From: a virus
Strand: one strand, 5' to 3'
Virus genome (UHGV): UHGV-0213559
DNA length: 43,138 bases
Under the pieces are notes generated by a model. That model saw only the letters and a program-made list of their open reading frames with translations. It was not told where the DNA came from and did not search any database. The first letter of the stretch is position 1. Each line of letters begins with the position of its first letter. Below, one piece after another: positions 9,659 through 18,467 of the stretch. A program made the position numbers and the translations under genes.

Positions 9659-10734
9659 TGACAAAAAATGACTTTAAAGCATTCGCAACGGGTAAAAATG
9701 CCAATGTTATGTCGCAGGAGGAATGGGAAGCGTTGCCTGCGCTTTTATCCGGATTTACAGCAGGGAAAGCATCCAGTGCGCAAGTCAATAAGGTTATTCG
9801 GCAGGCCAGCTTTATTGCATCTGCAATAGCACAATATACAGCAAATGAAAGTGGACTGGATGTACAGGATGATGGCGATCAGGCCGGCTTTATCGCAAAA
9901 ATGTCGTCTGCATTAGATAAGAACTATCAGAGAATTAATGCCATACTTACCGCACTTGCTAATCTTTCAGCATCCGAAAACAAATTACCGTATTTTACCA
10001 ATCAAGATACCGCTAATTTGGCTGACCTGACACAGGTTGGGCGAGATATTTTGGCAAAAAGCTCTGTTGCTGATGTCCTTAAATATCTTGGTCTGGAAGA
10101 TAATTCGACCTTTCCTGTAGGTGCCCCGATCCCGTGGCCATCAGATACAGTTCCATCTGGTTATACTCTGATGCAGGGACAGACTTTTGACAAGTCTGCA
10201 TACCCGAAACTTGCAGCCGCTTATCCGTCAGGCGTGATCCCTGATATGCGTGGCTGGACGATTAAGGGCAAGCCCGCCAGTGGTCGTACCGTATTGTCTC
10301 AGGAACAGGACGGCATTAAATCGCACACCCACAGCGCCAGCGTATCCAGTACGGATTTGGGTACGAAAACCACATCGTCGTTTGATTACGGGACGAAAAC
10401 CACCTCACTATTTGACTATGGGACCAAAACTACCAGTAACGCCGGGAGTCACACGCATTCAATACCAACATCAGATGGTGCAAACCAGGGGGGGAAAATT
10501 CCACTGACATCTGGGCGTCTGGCAACTCAATATACATCAGCAACAACAGGTTCCTCTGGCTCACATTCTCATACTGTAGGTATTGGTTCTCATCAGCACA
10601 CTGTCGGTATTGGTGCACACACGCACTCCATTGCGATTGGCTCACATGGACACACCATCACCGTTAACGCTGCTGGTAACGCGGAAAACACCGTCAAAAA
10701 CATCGCATTTAACTATATTGTGAGGCTTGCATAA
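9658..10734 (+). CDS. tail fibre protein
   Basis: ATG at 9658 overlaps the preceding TGA (ORF track starts 9640 in frame); C-terminal half has tandem GTKTTS and SH-x-H-T[VI]-[GA]-IG repeats typical of fibre tips. Confidence 0.65.
   Translation: MTKNDFKAFATGKNANVMSQEEWEALPALLSGFTAGKASSAQVNKVIRQASFIASAIAQYTANESGLDVQDDGDQAGFIAKMSSALDKNYQRINAILTALANLSASENKLPYFTNQDTANLADLTQVGRDILAKSSVADVLKYLGLEDNSTFPVGAPIPWPSDTVPSGYTLMQGQTFDKSAYPKLAAAYPSGVIPDMRGWTIKGKPASGRTVLSQEQDGIKSHTHSASVSSTDLGTKTTSSFDYGTKTTSLFDYGTKTTSNAGSHTHSIPTSDGANQGGKIPLTSGRLATQYTSATTGSSGSHSHTVGIGSHQHTVGIGAHTHSIAIGSHGHTITVNAAGNAENTVKNIAFNYIVRLA
10350..10665 (+). repeat. tandem coding repeats in the tail-fibre tip (3 x DYGTKTTS-like, 4 x H-x-H units)
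   Basis: near-identical nucleotide units of about 30 nt (gggacgaaaaccac...) and about 27 nt (ggtattggt..ca.ca.cac) visible directly. Confidence 0.6.
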
Positions 10735-11312
10735 TGGCATTCAGAATGAGTGAACAATCACGAACCATCAAAATTTATAATCTGCTGGCCGGAACTAATG
10801 AATTTATTGGTGACAGTGACGCATATATTCCACCTCATACAGGTCTACCTGCAAACAGTACCGATATTGCACCGCCAGATATTCCGGCTGGCTTCGTGGC
10901 TGTTTTCAACACTGATGAGGCATCGTGGCATCTCGTTGAAGACCATCGGGGTAAAACCGTCTATGATGTGGCTTCCGGCGACGCGTTATTTATTTCTGAA
11001 CTTGGCCCATTACCGGAAAATGTCACCTGGTTATCCCCGGAAGGGGAGTTTCAGAAGTGGAACGGTACATCCTGGGTGAAAGATGCAGAAGCAGAAAAAC
11101 TGTTTCGGAACCAGGAGGCGGAAGAAACAAAAAACAGCCTGATGCAGGTAGCTAGCGAGCATATTGCGCCACTTCAGGATGCTGTAGATTTGGATATTGC
11201 GACGGAAGAAGAGGCATCGTTACTGGCTGCATGGAAGACATATCGGGTATTGTTGAATCGTGTTGATACAACAGTAGCAGCGGATATTGAGTGGCCAGTC
11301 GCCCCACAATAA
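10734..11312 (+). CDS. tail fibre assembly protein (Tfa / gpG-like)
   Basis: 192-aa ORF with ATG overlapping the fibre stop (TAATG); composition typical of lambdoid/P2 Tfa chaperones. Confidence 0.65.
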   Translation: MAFRMSEQSRTIKIYNLLAGTNEFIGDSDAYIPPHTGLPANSTDIAPPDIPAGFVAVFNTDEASWHLVEDHRGKTVYDVASGDALFISELGPLPENVTWLSPEGEFQKWNGTSWVKDAEAEKLFRNQEAEETKNSLMQVASEHIAPLQDAVDLDIATEEEASLLAAWKTYRVLLNRVDTTVAADIEWPVAPQ

Positions 11313-11320
11313 AAAGAAAA

Positions 11321-11346
11321 AGCCATCGATAGAAATATCGATGGCT
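11321..11346. terminator. bidirectional intrinsic terminator hairpin
   Basis: perfect 10-bp stem AGCCATCGAT/ATCGATGGCT with 6-nt loop, A-run on one side and T-rich on the other; sits between convergent tfa (+) and acyltransferase (-) genes. Confidence 0.55.
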
Positions 11347-11355
11347 TTATGTGCT

Positions 11356-11961
11356 CTATTTATACAATACAACACCGCTCTTTTTAGTTATATATGTGCA
11401 GTTCGATGGTATATCTTTATTTATAAAAGACATTGCGCCTATTTTTACATTATCCCCGATTTTACGTGATAATCCAATGATGCAACAATTAGCTCCGATA
11501 TCAACGTTACTACCAATTTTTACTCTTGAACCAGGTATGTCACCATCTATCTGTCCAATCGTAGTATTCTGTCGTAACACCAGATTTTCACCAGCATCAA
11601 CAGCAAAATGAACAACAATTCCAGCGTGATGGGGAATTGTTAGCCCTTTTCCAATTTTTGCGCCCAGTCCAATCTCGCAACCAAATTTGTTAATTATTTT
11701 ATTGTTTAACTTTTTAGCAGCTTTCTTATGTAATTTATTACCATTAATATACATTTCGTTAGCCAGCCGCCACCAGAAAAGGAAATTCCTGTTACGCTGT
11801 TTTTTCTCTCTGAAAAGCCTCCAGATATTCATATGCTCCCGCCGTATTACTTCAGATTTCCAAAAGCTTTTTAAATCAGAAGAATTTCCAAGTAAAACAA
11901 AATGAATTGCTATTAAGTAAGATAACACGATAATCTCCTTAATTATTACTTTCGACCACAT
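11356..11961 (-). CDS. hexapeptide-repeat (left-handed beta-helix) acyltransferase, CysE/LacA-type
   Basis: 201 aa; C-terminal half shows repeated [LIV]-G-x-x-x-x hexads (IGLGAKIGKGLTIPHHAGIVVH..IGSNVDIGANCCIIG..IGDNVKIGAMSFI); N-terminal hydrophobic helix; strongly AT-rich. Confidence 0.55.
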   Translation of the reverse strand: MWSKVIIKEIIVLSYLIAIHFVLLGNSSDLKSFWKSEVIRREHMNIWRLFREKKQRNRNFLFWWRLANEMYINGNKLHKKAAKKLNNKIINKFGCEIGLGAKIGKGLTIPHHAGIVVHFAVDAGENLVLRQNTTIGQIDGDIPGSRVKIGSNVDIGANCCIIGLSRKIGDNVKIGAMSFINKDIPSNCTYITKKSGVVLYK

Positions 11962-12080
11962 TAGTCCTAAATTTAATGAAGTGTAAAATCTGGTTGTTTG
12001 TTATTTAAAAACTAAGTTCGTGATACTTTACGGATGCTGAGGAGAGCATTATACGATACTTTTCTGCACACTCATAGTAA

Positions 12081-12254
12081 AAAACACCAGAACAATGGGC
12101 GCAGGCTGGGCGATTAATTGCATCAGGAGTTCATCGCCAGAATGTGGCGATTATCTATGATGTTAGCGTAACGACTGTGTATAAGAAGTTTCCTGCAGGT
12201 GAAAATGAAAACATAGCACGTCGTATCCAAGTACGTGCCTCGGCTGTCTGGTAA
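12081..12254 (+). pseudogene. remnant of Hin/Gin/Pin-type serine DNA invertase (C-terminal HTH only)
   Basis: stop-bounded frame with no start codon encodes ...GVHRQNVAIIYDVSVTTVYKKFPAG..., resembling the Hin C-terminus (PRQQLAIIFGIGVSTLYRYFPAS); the catalytic N-terminal domain is absent. Confidence 0.5.
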
Positions 12255-12289
12255 GCTTGTAAAAATCTTGAACAGGGAGTGGAGCATTT

Positions 12290-12937
12290 CTATGAAGCTA
12301 ATTTGTTTAATTTTATTTGTAGTGACTTTACTTCTTGGTCGATAATGTTGAATCCCTTATTGACTGCATCTCTTAGCTCTGCATCAATATTTTTTATCCC
12401 TTGAGCATAATCTACCATTACATTTATTTTTGCATCATGTAATCTCTTATACATGGTTTTATCTTTGTTATTGTCTGCCATGCCAATAAGGATTTTTTCA
12501 TAATCCTCAATGAGTTTGTTGTTTCCTTTAAATGATTGTATTAATGAACGTGAATATGTGTATATATTAATTATTGAGTCTCTAGCAGAATCATTTAGTT
12601 TTGCAATGACATTCGCATTTTGCTCATAGAATGTGAAATTATCATCCCCTACAGGGAAAGTGAGAATCAACATTTGTCCCGGTTTGATATTATCAATGTG
12701 TGTTTTCATCCTTTTATTATATAAATTGATTAGGGTGAAAACTTCTCCCTTAACTCCTTTTAATACTGAAAGTTGTAATTCAAGGGATTCTCTTTCTGTC
12801 CCTACTTTAGACAGCTTAGCTTGTTGGGTAACTCCTTTTAGGGTAAACCATCCGCCAATAAGAGTACCAACTAGAGCTGTGAGGGAGGAGGATAACCATC
12901 CAGGAATACTATTTAAAAGATTACTAAATTCACTCAT
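12290..12937 (-). CDS. hypothetical membrane-anchored protein (215 aa)
   Basis: ORF-track ORF; one N-terminal hydrophobic helix (WLSSSLTALVGTLIGGWFTL); very AT-rich; cargo position between tail fibre genes and attP/int. Confidence 0.5.
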   Translation of the reverse strand: MSEFSNLLNSIPGWLSSSLTALVGTLIGGWFTLKGVTQQAKLSKVGTERESLELQLSVLKGVKGEVFTLINLYNKRMKTHIDNIKPGQMLILTFPVGDDNFTFYEQNANVIAKLNDSARDSIINIYTYSRSLIQSFKGNNKLIEDYEKILIGMADNNKDKTMYKRLHDAKINVMVDYAQGIKNIDAELRDAVNKGFNIIDQEVKSLQIKLNKLAS

Positions 12938-12995
12938 TATAAGTACTCGCTAATATTGAACGATATATATATCAAATTATTATAAAACTCGTCAG

Positions 12996-13274
12996 CTACT
13001 GGAGAAGGCTACCTGAACTTCGATCTATTCCTGCATCCATATAGTTGATGGTCTTCTGGAGCTCTTCGATTAGGGCAACAGCTTTTGCTCGAGAAATGCA
13101 TATTAGTTGATCCGGAAATTCTTGTAAGGGCCAGTTTGGTATACAGGCCATGTTATCAGTGAAGGATGCAGACAAGTAAACTTCATTGGTAACCAGAGAA
13201 TAGCTTACCTCAAAATTGGTGAGTTCCGGCAAACTGCTAACGTTTGACTCTTTTCTGCGCATAATATTATCCAT
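12996..13274 (-). CDS. hypothetical protein (start uncertain; ORF track extends to 13430 from a GTG)
   Basis: AT-rich ORF upstream of and co-oriented with 12290-12937; no convincing SD for any candidate start. Confidence 0.3.
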   Translation of the reverse strand: MDNIMRRKESNVSSLPELTNFEVSYSLVTNEVYLSASFTDNMACIPNWPLQEFPDQLICISRAKAVALIEELQKTINYMDAGIDRSSGSLLQ

Positions 13275-13430
13275 GACTGTGATTATGTACAGGTGATGGT
13301 CTTCAATTTCGAAGAGGGAGTCAAGGGGGAGTCTCAAATGAACCGTTATAGAAAGGGGGAGGATCTTTGTGTTGCTGAACTTATGCAAAATTTTTTTGCA
13401 CCATAAATCCAACAACACATTCAATAACAC

Positions 13431-13727
13431 ATTGCTGTATCACTATGAAAATAAGTGTGTTTTTATTTGATTTCACACATATCACAATTAATACAGCGTT
13501 TAGTAATTAGTAAAGACATTTCAATGGATTACCGTTAAATCAATTTAAAATCAGTAAGTTGTATCGAGTTTGTATGCTTTACTGTCATTAACTTACTGTA
13601 TGTTGATCCAGTGTATTTAACCTTGATAAACTCAGTCCAGCAACACAAAACCGCAACACATTGCATTTTGTCCCGTAAAAAAGACTTGTATGTGTGAGCT
13701 TGTTTTCTGCGCCTACGCAGATAAGGA
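13431..13727. other. candidate attP region upstream of int
   Basis: AT-rich non-coding stretch immediately 5' of the integrase; inverted 9-mers CAGTAAGTT (13552-13560) and AACTTACTG (13590-13598), each followed by GTAT. Confidence 0.3.
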
Positions 13728-13733
13728 TTGAGA

Positions 13734-15131
13734 ATGCCGCGCACTGTAACACATAATCCGGATAGCCCCAATAATGACGATGTTTTAGCCGCATCCGAAA
13801 AATGGGACGCCTGTAAACCCCCCTATACCAGCGCACACATGAAAATCTGTGTTGCTGCCGCCAAAATCATCCTCGCTGCTTCCGGCGTGGCTCGCCGTTC
13901 CAAATACGAAAAAGAGAACTATCTCCGTATCGATTTCAGCAAAGCCGGTAAGGTTACATTTTACGCCGAGTTTCCAAAAAAGATGGGCCTCAAAGGTAAA
14001 AAGCTCGGCGAGTGGCCGGAGCTCGCTATCCAGCTGGCGCGCGAAAAAGCGCTAGGTATGGCTGACGGTGGCCTGCGGGCAGAGTCCGTACATGCAGCGC
14101 TGGAAATGTACCGGGATGACCTCAAAGCCAAAGTCGCCCGGCAGAAGCTGAGCCCGGACAGTTTCACAACCTACGGGGTGCGTATCGACCGGATTAAAGC
14201 AACGTTCGGCGAGCGCGAGGTGTTCAGCGACGTAACATACAATCGGCTGGTGGAAGTGCTGGACGAGTGGATCGCCACTCGCTCGAACAATAACGCCCTG
14301 GAGTTGTTTGCCGAGCTCCGTCGGTTCTGGAAGTTCTGTGCACCTACTCTTTGCAACGGCCGCAATGTTGCCGCCAGTCTGCCAGATGATTATGTTTCCT
14401 CCCGCGTACAGAAACCTACCCCCACACGGCTTTTTACCGATATTGAATCAATCGCCCGACTCTGGCTCAATGTTGCTGCCTGCACCTCTGTACACCAGAA
14501 GAATGCTGTTCGCTTCATGATCATCACTGGCGTTCGTCCGATTAATGTCCATAACCTGCGCTGGGACTACGTTCACGAGGAGGCTGGTGAAATTGTTTAT
14601 CCGGAAGGGGTTATCGGCATGCGAGGGGCTATGAAAACACAAAAGGCTTTCCGCCTGCCGATAACACCTGAGATCCGGCGGATTATCGACGAGCAGAAAG
14701 CCTGGCGTGATTCAGTTCCTGAGTGCAACAGGGATTATGTATTTTTGCAGCCACGTGATCCAATGCAGCCATTTTCAAAACGATCACTGGATAAGCTGGT
14801 GAAAACATACAGCCCGGACGGGGCTGTAAAAGGAATAAAACATGATGGGACTGTTAAAGGGAAAGACGGTGCATTTAATACGATGTGCCGTAAATTCCTT
14901 AAGAGCAATGTTATTGCCTTGATGAAGGAAAGAGGCTATTCCCGATCAGACCGAAGGGAAATCAGCCTCCTTTGCCTTCACCACTCCAGCAAGTCAGATG
15001 ACCCGATGGCAGAACATTACGACTTTTCTGATGAGATTTTGCAGGAAGAGATTGCGTTAAAGCGCGAAGCTTTCGAGGCTCACGAGCGGAGCATACTTGC
15101 GCAGGTTGCATTGCTACGGCGGCGAGGTTAA
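13734..15131 (+). CDS. int: tyrosine integrase (P4-like family)
   Basis: 465 aa from ATG 13734 with AAGGA SD (ORF track starts at TTG 13728); length, composition and position next to an AlpA-like gene fit a phage integrase. Confidence 0.75.
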   Translation: MPRTVTHNPDSPNNDDVLAASEKWDACKPPYTSAHMKICVAAAKIILAASGVARRSKYEKENYLRIDFSKAGKVTFYAEFPKKMGLKGKKLGEWPELAIQLAREKALGMADGGLRAESVHAALEMYRDDLKAKVARQKLSPDSFTTYGVRIDRIKATFGEREVFSDVTYNRLVEVLDEWIATRSNNNALELFAELRRFWKFCAPTLCNGRNVAASLPDDYVSSRVQKPTPTRLFTDIESIARLWLNVAACTSVHQKNAVRFMIITGVRPINVHNLRWDYVHEEAGEIVYPEGVIGMRGAMKTQKAFRLPITPEIRRIIDEQKAWRDSVPECNRDYVFLQPRDPMQPFSKRSLDKLVKTYSPDGAVKGIKHDGTVKGKDGAFNTMCRKFLKSNVIALMKERGYSRSDRREISLLCLHHSSKSDDPMAEHYDFSDEILQEEIALKREAFEAHERSILAQVALLRRRG

Positions 15132-15328
15132 TACTGGCTGCGACACTTTTGAATAAAAGCGTCGACATTTCGGCGCTCATAACGAACTACTTTTGCACTG
15201 AAACGAATTGGTCCCAGGATAGCCCGATGACGATGCTTAATATTCCACTCACATAGCGTTTTCTGTGTAATACCTAACTTTTGGCATACTTCATCCGGGG
15301 TGAGTAAATCGTCGGGTTTCTCGCTCAT
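15128..15328 (-). CDS. xis: AlpA-family excisionase / DNA-binding regulator
   Basis: 66 aa from internal ATG (MSEKPDDLLTPDEVCQKLGITQKTLCEW...); helix-turn-helix-like; its start overlaps the stop of the upstream helicase gene. Confidence 0.55.
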   Translation of the reverse strand: MSEKPDDLLTPDEVCQKLGITQKTLCEWNIKHRHRAILGPIRFSAKVVRYERRNVDAFIQKCRSQY

Positions 15329-16722
15329 GCTATACCTCTCTTTTTCATGGCATCGAGCAGGATGTCCTGCACTGTTCGTTTTGAGTTGCGCCGCTCCATC
15401 ACCATTTCGTCCATAGTGTCGGCGGCAATAATGTGGTGAATGAACACCGGGCGGTTGTGTCCGGCCTGAATCTGCCGGGTTGGCCCGATGCGTTCGATAA
15501 TTTGTTGGTACTGCTCCAGATCCCACCAGTGCGAGAAAAACACCAGTATGTTTCCGCCGTCCTGCATGTTCAGGCCGTGGCCCGCGCTGGCTGGGTGTGC
15601 AAAGAGAACAGGAATCTTTCCGGAATTCCAGTCGCGCAGTGTCTGTGGATCCTGGTCGAGGTGACGACTGCGAGGGAATGCTTTAAGCAAGCGTTCAAGA
15701 TCGTGTTTCCAGTGATAAGCAACCAGCACAGGTGCGCCAGCTGCTTCGGTCAGTATGCTGTCCAGCGCCTGTAGTTTGGTGTCATGCAGTTCTGACCAAC
15801 TTCCGGTGTCGTCTGTGTATACTGCGCCACTGGCGATTTGAAGACACTTCAGTGTCTTTGCCGCGGCGTTCGGTGCTTCGATGCCTTCGCCATTCAGCTC
15901 GAGGAACATTTCCTTTTCCATTTCACGATACTGCTGACGGGCCTTCGGCGGCATATCCACGCGGATTACGTTATGGATGGGGTCTTTGATATCGAACCAG
16001 TCGGCCGCATCCAGCGAGAGGGTCACATCGGCTAACGCTCGCTGTATTTCAGCCTGTGAGTGAGCAAACGGCTCCAGTTTGGTCCAGCTCTGCCCCGGAA
16101 ACTGTATCGAGTTGAACCAGCGTGAGGTAAACGCGCCGTAAGTGCGCCCGAGACGTTGTCCCTGGTCCACAAACCACGATTGTCCCCACAAATCTACCAG
16201 GCCGTTCGGTGCTGGCGTACCGGTGAGATTTATCCAGCGCCGGACATACTTATGCGCCACTTTGCCCAGCGCCGCCGCGCGCTTACCACCACCTCGCAGC
16301 CGGAAGGATTTTAGCCGGGTGCTTTCATCCGGAATGACAGTACCGAACGGCCATCGTTCTCCCAATTCCTCAACCAGCCAGACAAGGTTATCGTAGTTGA
16401 TTGTGAACACGCTCGCGTTGCTGTTCGCCAGCGCTGTAGAGCGCGCTTTGGCGTTACCGATGATCGGCTGTACCTCAATATTACGCAGATGCCCCCATTT
16501 AACAGCTTCATCAGGCCAGGTGCTTGCTGCAACGCGTAGCGGCGCGAGGACCAGCGCGGGGCGTGTTTCTGTTCCAGCCATGAAAAGATCTTCCAGCGTG
16601 GTGAGTGTCGCTACGGTTTTACCCATTCCCATACCTGCCCAGATGTTGCAGCGCATAATGTCGACTTGATGATTGATGATGAGATCTTGGTAGGGGTGAG
16701 GTGAAAATATAGCATAGTCCAT
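15325..16722 (-). CDS. SNF2/DEAD-like superfamily 2 helicase
   Basis: Walker A GMGMGKT and motif II DEST visible in the translated ORF. Confidence 0.7.
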   Translation of the reverse strand: MDYAIFSPHPYQDLIINHQVDIMRCNIWAGMGMGKTVATLTTLEDLFMAGTETRPALVLAPLRVAASTWPDEAVKWGHLRNIEVQPIIGNAKARSTALANSNASVFTINYDNLVWLVEELGERWPFGTVIPDESTRLKSFRLRGGGKRAAALGKVAHKYVRRWINLTGTPAPNGLVDLWGQSWFVDQGQRLGRTYGAFTSRWFNSIQFPGQSWTKLEPFAHSQAEIQRALADVTLSLDAADWFDIKDPIHNVIRVDMPPKARQQYREMEKEMFLELNGEGIEAPNAAAKTLKCLQIASGAVYTDDTGSWSELHDTKLQALDSILTEAAGAPVLVAYHWKHDLERLLKAFPRSRHLDQDPQTLRDWNSGKIPVLFAHPASAGHGLNMQDGGNILVFFSHWWDLEQYQQIIERIGPTRQIQAGHNRPVFIHHIIAADTMDEMVMERRNSKRTVQDILLDAMKKRGIA

Positions 16723-16789
16723 GGTATTGTATCTCCATGAATGAACTTATGTAGTAATAGCTTAATTATTTATTTCGAAAGGAACAGTT

Positions 16790-17668
16790 ATGACCTCAGC
16801 TTATACAGATGTACAGCAAGAAGAAAATATTACTGATAAATTAGTTGTTAAATATGATGGTCCCGCACTAGCAGATCATAAAATAGATTTGGATGTTTTA
16901 ACTGAGTCATTGAATGGACTAAACAACTTGCTTAAAGAAGTTAATTTGGTTGTCAATGGCACTAGTGAGTGTATTAATGTTGAGGTTGAGCCTTTTAAGG
17001 AAGGCTCATTTGAGTATTTGATTGATGTTATTCAAAATCCACTTGACCATTTGAATATATTAAGCATTATTGGGCTTGGAGGTACAACTGCACTCGCAGC
17101 AGGAAATACTCTCATTGACTTAATTCGTCAGATCAATGGTAGGCAAATAAAACGGTTGACTTTAACAGCGGAAGGAGACTGTAAAATAGTTATGGATGAT
17201 GGTGAGGAAATTATAGCCCCGTCATATTTCCGACCTTTACTTGCCTCACCAAGCATACGCAAATCCTTATCGAAGTTAATTCATAAACCTTTGCAAAAGG
17301 AAGGATACGAATCGCTTAAAATTTCAACTCAACAGGGGGTTGAGCTGATTAAGGTGCACGAAGATAATATTGAACCGTTCAGATATAGGCGCGTTCCTGT
17401 AGTGCAGTCCTTGTCTGAAAGGGTGATTGAAGAGGCTCTAATCACATTTTTGACTATTCATAAGGATAAAAACACAGGCTGGCGAGTCAACTATGGCGAT
17501 GACACAATCAGCGTGTCTATAGAAGATACTGAGTTCTTACAACGTGTTAGTACGGGAAGAGAACCTGGTGTTTTTAGTGATGCTTACTTCGTTGATTTGC
17601 TCGTCCGTGAGAACTTGAATTCGCTGGACAAAACGTACATAGTTGTTAAAGTACACGGCATCTTATAG
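16790..17668 (+). CDS. hypothetical protein (292 aa), first gene of an AT-rich plus-strand cassette
   Basis: AAGGA SD 7 nt upstream of the ATG; no recognisable catalytic motif; opposite in orientation to the flanking replication operon. Confidence 0.5.
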   Translation: MTSAYTDVQQEENITDKLVVKYDGPALADHKIDLDVLTESLNGLNNLLKEVNLVVNGTSECINVEVEPFKEGSFEYLIDVIQNPLDHLNILSIIGLGGTTALAAGNTLIDLIRQINGRQIKRLTLTAEGDCKIVMDDGEEIIAPSYFRPLLASPSIRKSLSKLIHKPLQKEGYESLKISTQQGVELIKVHEDNIEPFRYRRVPVVQSLSERVIEEALITFLTIHKDKNTGWRVNYGDDTISVSIEDTEFLQRVSTGREPGVFSDAYFVDLLVRENLNSLDKTYIVVKVHGIL

Positions 17669-17691
17669 TAGATTCACATGGGGAGGGGGCT

Positions 17692-17940
17692 ATGATTGCT
17701 TTTGCTTTTTGGCTGGCTTTTTTTAGCCTGCTTCCCGTACTATATTGGGTTCTTAAGATGGGGTTTGACCGGTTACGCTTTGCGCTTATGCCTAAACATC
17801 ATCTTGTTCTTGAATGTGTTGACTCAGAAGGAGTTGTCCGTCGCGATGTCGTTGATGTCTCCTCTGATGATGAATTTTACAAAATTGCAATGAATGCCAT
17901 TCGTGCTGGAAGATCAGTCAAAGGAGGGACGTTTGAGTAG
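17692..17940 (+). CDS. small membrane protein (82 aa)
   Basis: N-terminal hydrophobic helix (IAFAFWLAFFSLLPVLYWVL); 23 nt downstream of the 292-aa gene. Confidence 0.4.
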   Translation: MIAFAFWLAFFSLLPVLYWVLKMGFDRLRFALMPKHHLVLECVDSEGVVRRDVVDVSSDDEFYKIAMNAIRAGRSVKGGTFE

Positions 17941-18463
17941 CGCTTCTAAACCTGATAGCTACGAAAAAGTCCCTCTGATTTCTAATGTTGCTGCTGGTGG
18001 CATCATTGGTTTTTTAACATTACTGGTGTCCTCGTGGGACGGTCGTTTTCCGTATATTGGTTCTGATTTAAATACAATAAAGCCATTTCTTTTATTAATG
18101 CTTCCCAGTTGCGCTATGTTTCTGGCGCATTGGATAAAGTCGATTGGGTTTAAATGGTCCTTAGGTAGCGTTAATCGACAGTTATTAAGCATTAATAAGA
18201 AGAAAGAAAAAGAACTTCGCCGTGATATTGAAAAGTACAAAAATGTTATTTCTAATGAAAAGATAGAGGACTTTAAAAGTCAACTTGAACAAGTATTACA
18301 AGATCGTCATGATATTATTTCTAATAATTACGCACAGAAACTAAGAGAAAGAAATTATACGCAAGAAAAATATCATGAGCATAAACAAACCGCTGCAAAT
18401 GATAATATTGAGCTGCAAAGCATACTGGAGAATCAGAAGTTCAATCAAAAAGGCATTGACTAA
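17933..18463 (+). CDS. membrane protein with charged coiled-coil-like C-terminus (about 176 aa)
   Basis: strong AAGGAGGG SD 5 nt before an in-frame TTG at 17933 (ORF track starts at ATG 17894); two hydrophobic segments then a Lys/Glu-rich tail. Confidence 0.4.
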   Translation: MSSASKPDSYEKVPLISNVAAGGIIGFLTLLVSSWDGRFPYIGSDLNTIKPFLLLMLPSCAMFLAHWIKSIGFKWSLGSVNRQLLSINKKKEKELRRDIEKYKNVISNEKIEDFKSQLEQVLQDRHDIISNNYAQKLRERNYTQEKYHEHKQTAANDNIELQSILENQKFNQKGID

Positions 18464-18467
18464 ATTT

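Noticed and set aside
11356-11961. Host-type serine acetyltransferase CysE (cysteine biosynthesis)
   Set aside because: Phage cargo context, strong AT-richness and an N-terminal hydrophobic helix argue for a sugar or xenobiotic O-acetyltransferase of the same fold rather than a metabolic CysE.
12081-12254. Functional DNA invertase gene
   Set aside because: Only the C-terminal HTH-like segment is present, bounded upstream by in-frame stops with no start codon, and there is no room for the roughly 130-aa catalytic domain before the adjacent minus-strand gene; called a pseudogene remnant.
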